NCBI GenBank assembly: GCA_965202805.1
Contig: OZ241869.1
Coordinates: 352,001 to 416,000, forward strand
DNA: 64,000 nucleotides
From: Longimicrobiales bacterium
Lineage (GTDB): Bacteria; Gemmatimonadota; Gemmatimonadetes; Longimicrobiales; Gaopeijiaceae
Direction: 5' to 3'
The position numbers and the translations under genes were made by a program. Below, one piece after another: positions 60,703 through 64,000 of this stretch. The number at the start of each line of letters is the position of its first letter. Within the stretch, counting starts at the first letter, position 1. Under the pieces are notes generated by a model. The model had not been told where the DNA came from and ran no database searches. It worked only from the letters and a program-made list of their open reading frames with translations.

Positions 60703-61107
60703 ATGCCTACCTACGACTACGAGTGCAGCGGCTGCGGGCAGGCCTTCGAGGTCTTCCAGCGAATGTCCGACGAGCCGCTCTCCAACTGTCCCGACTGCGG
60801 AGCCCCCGCGCAGCGCAGGATCTCCGGCGGGGCGGGCTTCATCTTCAAGGGCGAGGGCTTCTACATCACCGACCACCGCAGCCAGGAGTACAGGGACAGG
60901 GCCGCGGCCGACGCGGGGAAGGAGCCTGCCGCCGCATCCGGCGCGAAGGCGTCCGGCGGCGACTCGGCCGCGTCCGCGAAGAAGAGCGAGGCGGGGACTG
61001 CGTCGTCCTCCTCCGCTTCGGGCACGAACGGCTCGGGGGGCGATTCGGGTGGGTCTCCGTCCGCAAGCGGCACCGGCAGTCGGGCAAAGACCGGTTCGGA
61101 GCAATGA
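60703..61107 (+). CDS. FmdB-family zinc-ribbon protein
   Basis: MPTYDYECSGCG...CPDCG...FKGEGFYITD. Confidence 0.9.
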   Translation: MPTYDYECSGCGQAFEVFQRMSDEPLSNCPDCGAPAQRRISGGAGFIFKGEGFYITDHRSQEYRDRAAADAGKEPAAASGAKASGGDSAASAKKSEAGTASSSSASGTNGSGGDSGGSPSASGTGSRAKTGSEQ

Positions 61108-62801
61108 GCCGGCCCGCGCTGCGCGAGATGCTCGAACGGGCACTTGGCGAAATGGGCGTTGCCGGGCACGAAGTCCGGCTGGAGCGGCCGCGCGACCCGG
61201 ACCACGGCGACATCGCTTCCTCGGTGGCGCTCACGCTCGCCTCCCGGCTGCGGCGGCCTCCGCGCGGCATCGCGGACGAGATCGCGGGACGGCTGGAGCT
61301 GGAGGGCACCGGGATCGCGTCGGTGGAGGTCGCCGGCCCGGGGTTCCTGAACTTCCGCCTCTCGGCCTCGCGCGTATCCGCGGTGATCGAGGAAATCCTC
61401 CGCCGGGACACCCGCTACGGTCGATCCGGGGACGGGCAGGGAAGGGCCATCATGGTGGAGTTCGTCTCCGCCAACCCCACCGGTCCCCTGCACCTGGGCC
61501 ACGGGCGCCAGGCCGCGCTCGGCGACACGCTGGCCAACCTGCTGGAGTGGACCGGGTGGGCGGCGTACCGGGAGTACTACTACAACGACGCGGGCCGCCA
61601 GATCGAGCGGCTGGGCGAGAGCGTCGCCTCCCGCTACCTGCGGCACTTCGGCGTGGACGGCGGTTTCCCGGAAGACGGATACCACGGGAAATACGTCTTC
61701 GAGATCGCGGAGCGCCTCGCGGCCGCGGAGGGTGACCGGCTCCTGCATGCCGCGCCCCGGGAACGGCACGCCGCCTGCGAGCGCTTCGCGGTGCGCGTGC
61801 TGCGCGAGGAGCAGGATCGCGACCTCGCCGACTTCGGCGTGCACTTCGACTGCTACTTCCTCGAGTCCTCGCTCTACACGGACGGCGCGGTCGACGCGAC
61901 CATCGCGGCGCTGCGCGAGACCGGGTACGTCTACGAGCGCGACGGCGCCACCTGGCTCACCACCACCGCCTTCGGCGACCAGAAGGACCGGGTGATGGTC
62001 AAGAGCGACGGCAGCCCCACCTACTTCCTGCCGGACGTCGCCTACCACATGAGCAAGTGGCGGCGCGGCTTCCACGAGGTCGTCAACGTGCAGGGCTCGG
62101 ACCATCACGGCACCGTCGACCGGGTGCGCGCGGGGCTCGAGGCGCTCGGCCGCCCGCGAGGATACCCCGAATACCTGCTGCACCAGATGGTCACCGTGGA
62201 GCGCGGCGGGGTCGAGGTACGGCTCTCCAAGCGGTCGGGGGGCTACACCACGCTGCGCGAGCTGGTCGATGCCGTGGGCGCGGACGTGGTCCGCTACTTC
62301 TTCGTGATGCGCAAGCCGGAGGCGCACCTGGTTTTCGATCTGGATGCCGCCCTCGACCATTCCGACCGCAACCCGGTCTACAAGAGCAAGTACGCGCACG
62401 CGCGCATGTGCAGCATCTTCCGCAAGGCGGGGATGGACCCCGACGCCATGTCGCCGGACCAGCTCACCCCGGAAGGCCTCGACCTGTCCCTGCTGGAGCA
62501 CCCGCGCGAGCGGGAGGTGATGGGGCGGCTGGGCGAGTTCCCGGAGCTGGTGCTCCGGGCGGCCCGCGCGCGCGCGCCGCACCTGGTGTGCGAGTACCTG
62601 GAGCACACCGCGGGCATGGTCAACTCGTGGTATCACGCCGGGAATCCCACCCGCAACCCCGGCCTCGCCGTGCTGGCCGCGGATCCGGCGCTGAGGGCCG
62701 CGCGCCTCGCCCTCGCCGGAGCCGTGCGCGTGGTGCTGCGCAACGCGCTCACCCTGTTGGGCATCGAGGCGCCGACCCGCATGGCCCGCCGCGAGGACTG
62801 A
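61104..62801 (+). CDS. argS: arginine--tRNA ligase
   Basis: AGPGFLNF, VEFVSANPTGPLHLGHGR, LSKRSG, YAHARMCSI. Confidence 0.96.
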   Translation: MSRPALREMLERALGEMGVAGHEVRLERPRDPDHGDIASSVALTLASRLRRPPRGIADEIAGRLELEGTGIASVEVAGPGFLNFRLSASRVSAVIEEILRRDTRYGRSGDGQGRAIMVEFVSANPTGPLHLGHGRQAALGDTLANLLEWTGWAAYREYYYNDAGRQIERLGESVASRYLRHFGVDGGFPEDGYHGKYVFEIAERLAAAEGDRLLHAAPRERHAACERFAVRVLREEQDRDLADFGVHFDCYFLESSLYTDGAVDATIAALRETGYVYERDGATWLTTTAFGDQKDRVMVKSDGSPTYFLPDVAYHMSKWRRGFHEVVNVQGSDHHGTVDRVRAGLEALGRPRGYPEYLLHQMVTVERGGVEVRLSKRSGGYTTLRELVDAVGADVVRYFFVMRKPEAHLVFDLDAALDHSDRNPVYKSKYAHARMCSIFRKAGMDPDAMSPDQLTPEGLDLSLLEHPREREVMGRLGEFPELVLRAARARAPHLVCEYLEHTAGMVNSWYHAGNPTRNPGLAVLAADPALRAARLALAGAVRVVLRNALTLLGIEAPTRMARRED

Positions 62802-62810
62802 GCGGCCGGC

Positions 62811-63740
62811 GTGTCCGCCCTGGTTGTGGGGAGCCTGGCGCTCGACACCGTCGAGACCCCGTACGGAAGGGCCGAGGAGGTGCTGGGGGGGTCGGCTTCG
62901 TTCTTCGCGGCGGCGGCGAGCCTCTACCAGCCGGTCCAGGTGGTGGCGGTGGTCGGCGACGACTTCCCGCTGGCCCAGCTGGACTTTCTGCGGGAACGCG
63001 GCGTCGATTTCTCGGGGCTGCAGGTCGCTCCCGGGGAGAGCTTTCGCTGGGGCGGGGCGTACAACGCCGACTTCAGCGCGCGGGAGACCCTCTTCACGAC
63101 GCTGGGCGTCTTCGCCGATTTCAGCCCCGCCATTCCCGCGTCCTTCCGCAAGGCGCGCATCGTCTCGCTGGCCAACATCCACCCGACTCTCCAGGGAGAG
63201 GTGCTGGACCAGGTGGAGAGACCCGAACTGGTGGTGTGCGACACCATGAACTACTGGATCGAGCGGGAGCGGGGTGCGCTCATGTCGCTGCTGCAGCGCA
63301 TCGATCTGCTGATGGTGAACGACACCGAGATCCGGCAGCTCTCCGGCATTGCCGATCCCGTTCGGGCGGCGCGCTGGGTACGCGAACGCGGCCCCCGGCA
63401 CGTCATCGTAAAGCTGGGTGCGAGGGGCGCGCTGCTCTTCGACGGAGATGCCGGCTTCCGATGCCCCGCGTACGCGGTTCCGCGGGTGGTGGACCCCACG
63501 GGAGCGGGAGACGCCTTCGCCGGAGGGTTCGCGGGGCACCTTGCGGGGGTGGGAAGCTGTACCGGAGATGCGCTGCGGGAGGCGCTCGTGCAGGGCTCGG
63601 TGATGGGGTCCTTCGCCGTCGAGTCGTTCTCCCTCGATCGCCTCCGGAACCTGGAGGCCCGCGAGGTCGCCGAGCGCGCGCGTGTCCTCGGCGAGCGAGC
63701 CGCCCTCGAACCATGGCCGACAGGAGCGAGCCTTGTCTGA
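62811..63740 (+). CDS. PfkB-family carbohydrate kinase
   Basis: LGGSASF, DTMNYWI, DPTGAGDAFAGG. Confidence 0.9.
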   Translation: MSALVVGSLALDTVETPYGRAEEVLGGSASFFAAAASLYQPVQVVAVVGDDFPLAQLDFLRERGVDFSGLQVAPGESFRWGGAYNADFSARETLFTTLGVFADFSPAIPASFRKARIVSLANIHPTLQGEVLDQVERPELVVCDTMNYWIERERGALMSLLQRIDLLMVNDTEIRQLSGIADPVRAARWVRERGPRHVIVKLGARGALLFDGDAGFRCPAYAVPRVVDPTGAGDAFAGGFAGHLAGVGSCTGDALREALVQGSVMGSFAVESFSLDRLRNLEAREVAERARVLGERAALEPWPTGASLV

Positions 63741-64000
63741 CGATTCCCCGAAACTGGACTACCGCGCGGCGGGCGTCGACCTGGACGCGGCGGACCGGGC
63801 GAAGAAGGCCATCAAGTCGCTGGTGGCGAGCACCCACGACCGCCACACCCTTTCGGGGATGGACTCGTTCGGGGGCATGTACGCCGTGCCCGGGGGGATG
63901 GAGGCGCCGGTGCTGGTCTCGAGCGCGGACGGGGTGGGCACCAAGCTCAAGGTGGCCTTCCTCTCCGGCCGCCACGACACGGTGGGGGCGGATCTGGTCA
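63733..64000 (+). CDS. purM: phosphoribosylformylglycinamidine cyclo-ligase, partial
   Basis: Not in the ORF track. TTG 63733: MSDDSPKLDYRAAGVDL...FGGMY...LVSSADGVGTKLKVA. Confidence 0.92.
   Translation, partial: MSDDSPKLDYRAAGVDLDAADRAKKAIKSLVASTHDRHTLSGMDSFGGMYAVPGGMEAPVLVSSADGVGTKLKVAFLSGRHDTVGADLV

Overview
High-GC bacterial chromosome segment. Gene style (Tat-exported PLP enzymes, RDSAGV-type beta-propeller lipoprotein, aroA-cmk-rpsA synteny) suggests Gemmatimonadota, but that is inference only. The left arm (1-20.4 kb) holds a partial TonB-dependent receptor, a polyamine-type ABC operon, a UGA-recoded (selenocysteine) peroxiredoxin, gltBD, an aldo-keto reductase/TIGR04076 pair, a small DUF2335 islet, an NhaC-type transporter, tRNA-Leu(TAA) and a Tat-exported PatB/MalY enzyme. 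The middle (about 20.4-43.75 kb) is a mosaic, partly decayed accessory/defence island bounded by 43-bp imperfect direct repeats built from 10-bp-periodic TACTG units. It carries a Type III R-M pair, an ApeA-like HEPN protein with an altered catalytic motif, a PD-(D/E)xK-like orphan, many gene relics and a candidate structured RNA. It also holds the most unusual locus in the window: three tandem FGE-sulfatase/C-lectin-fold lipoproteins, a PadR regulator and two paralogous MotA/ExbB-like membrane proteins with no MotB/ExbD partner, preceded by paired TATCG-N5-CGATA palindromes. The right arm (43.8-64 kb) is housekeeping: class V aminotransferase, TonB receptor, rnz, tyrA, aroA-cmk fusion, rpsA, acyl-CoA carboxylase subunits, methylmalonyl-CoA mutase, argS, a PfkB kinase and partial purM. 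No integrase, reverse transcriptase, cas gene or rRNA was seen. All calls come from reading the sequence by eye, with no database searches.
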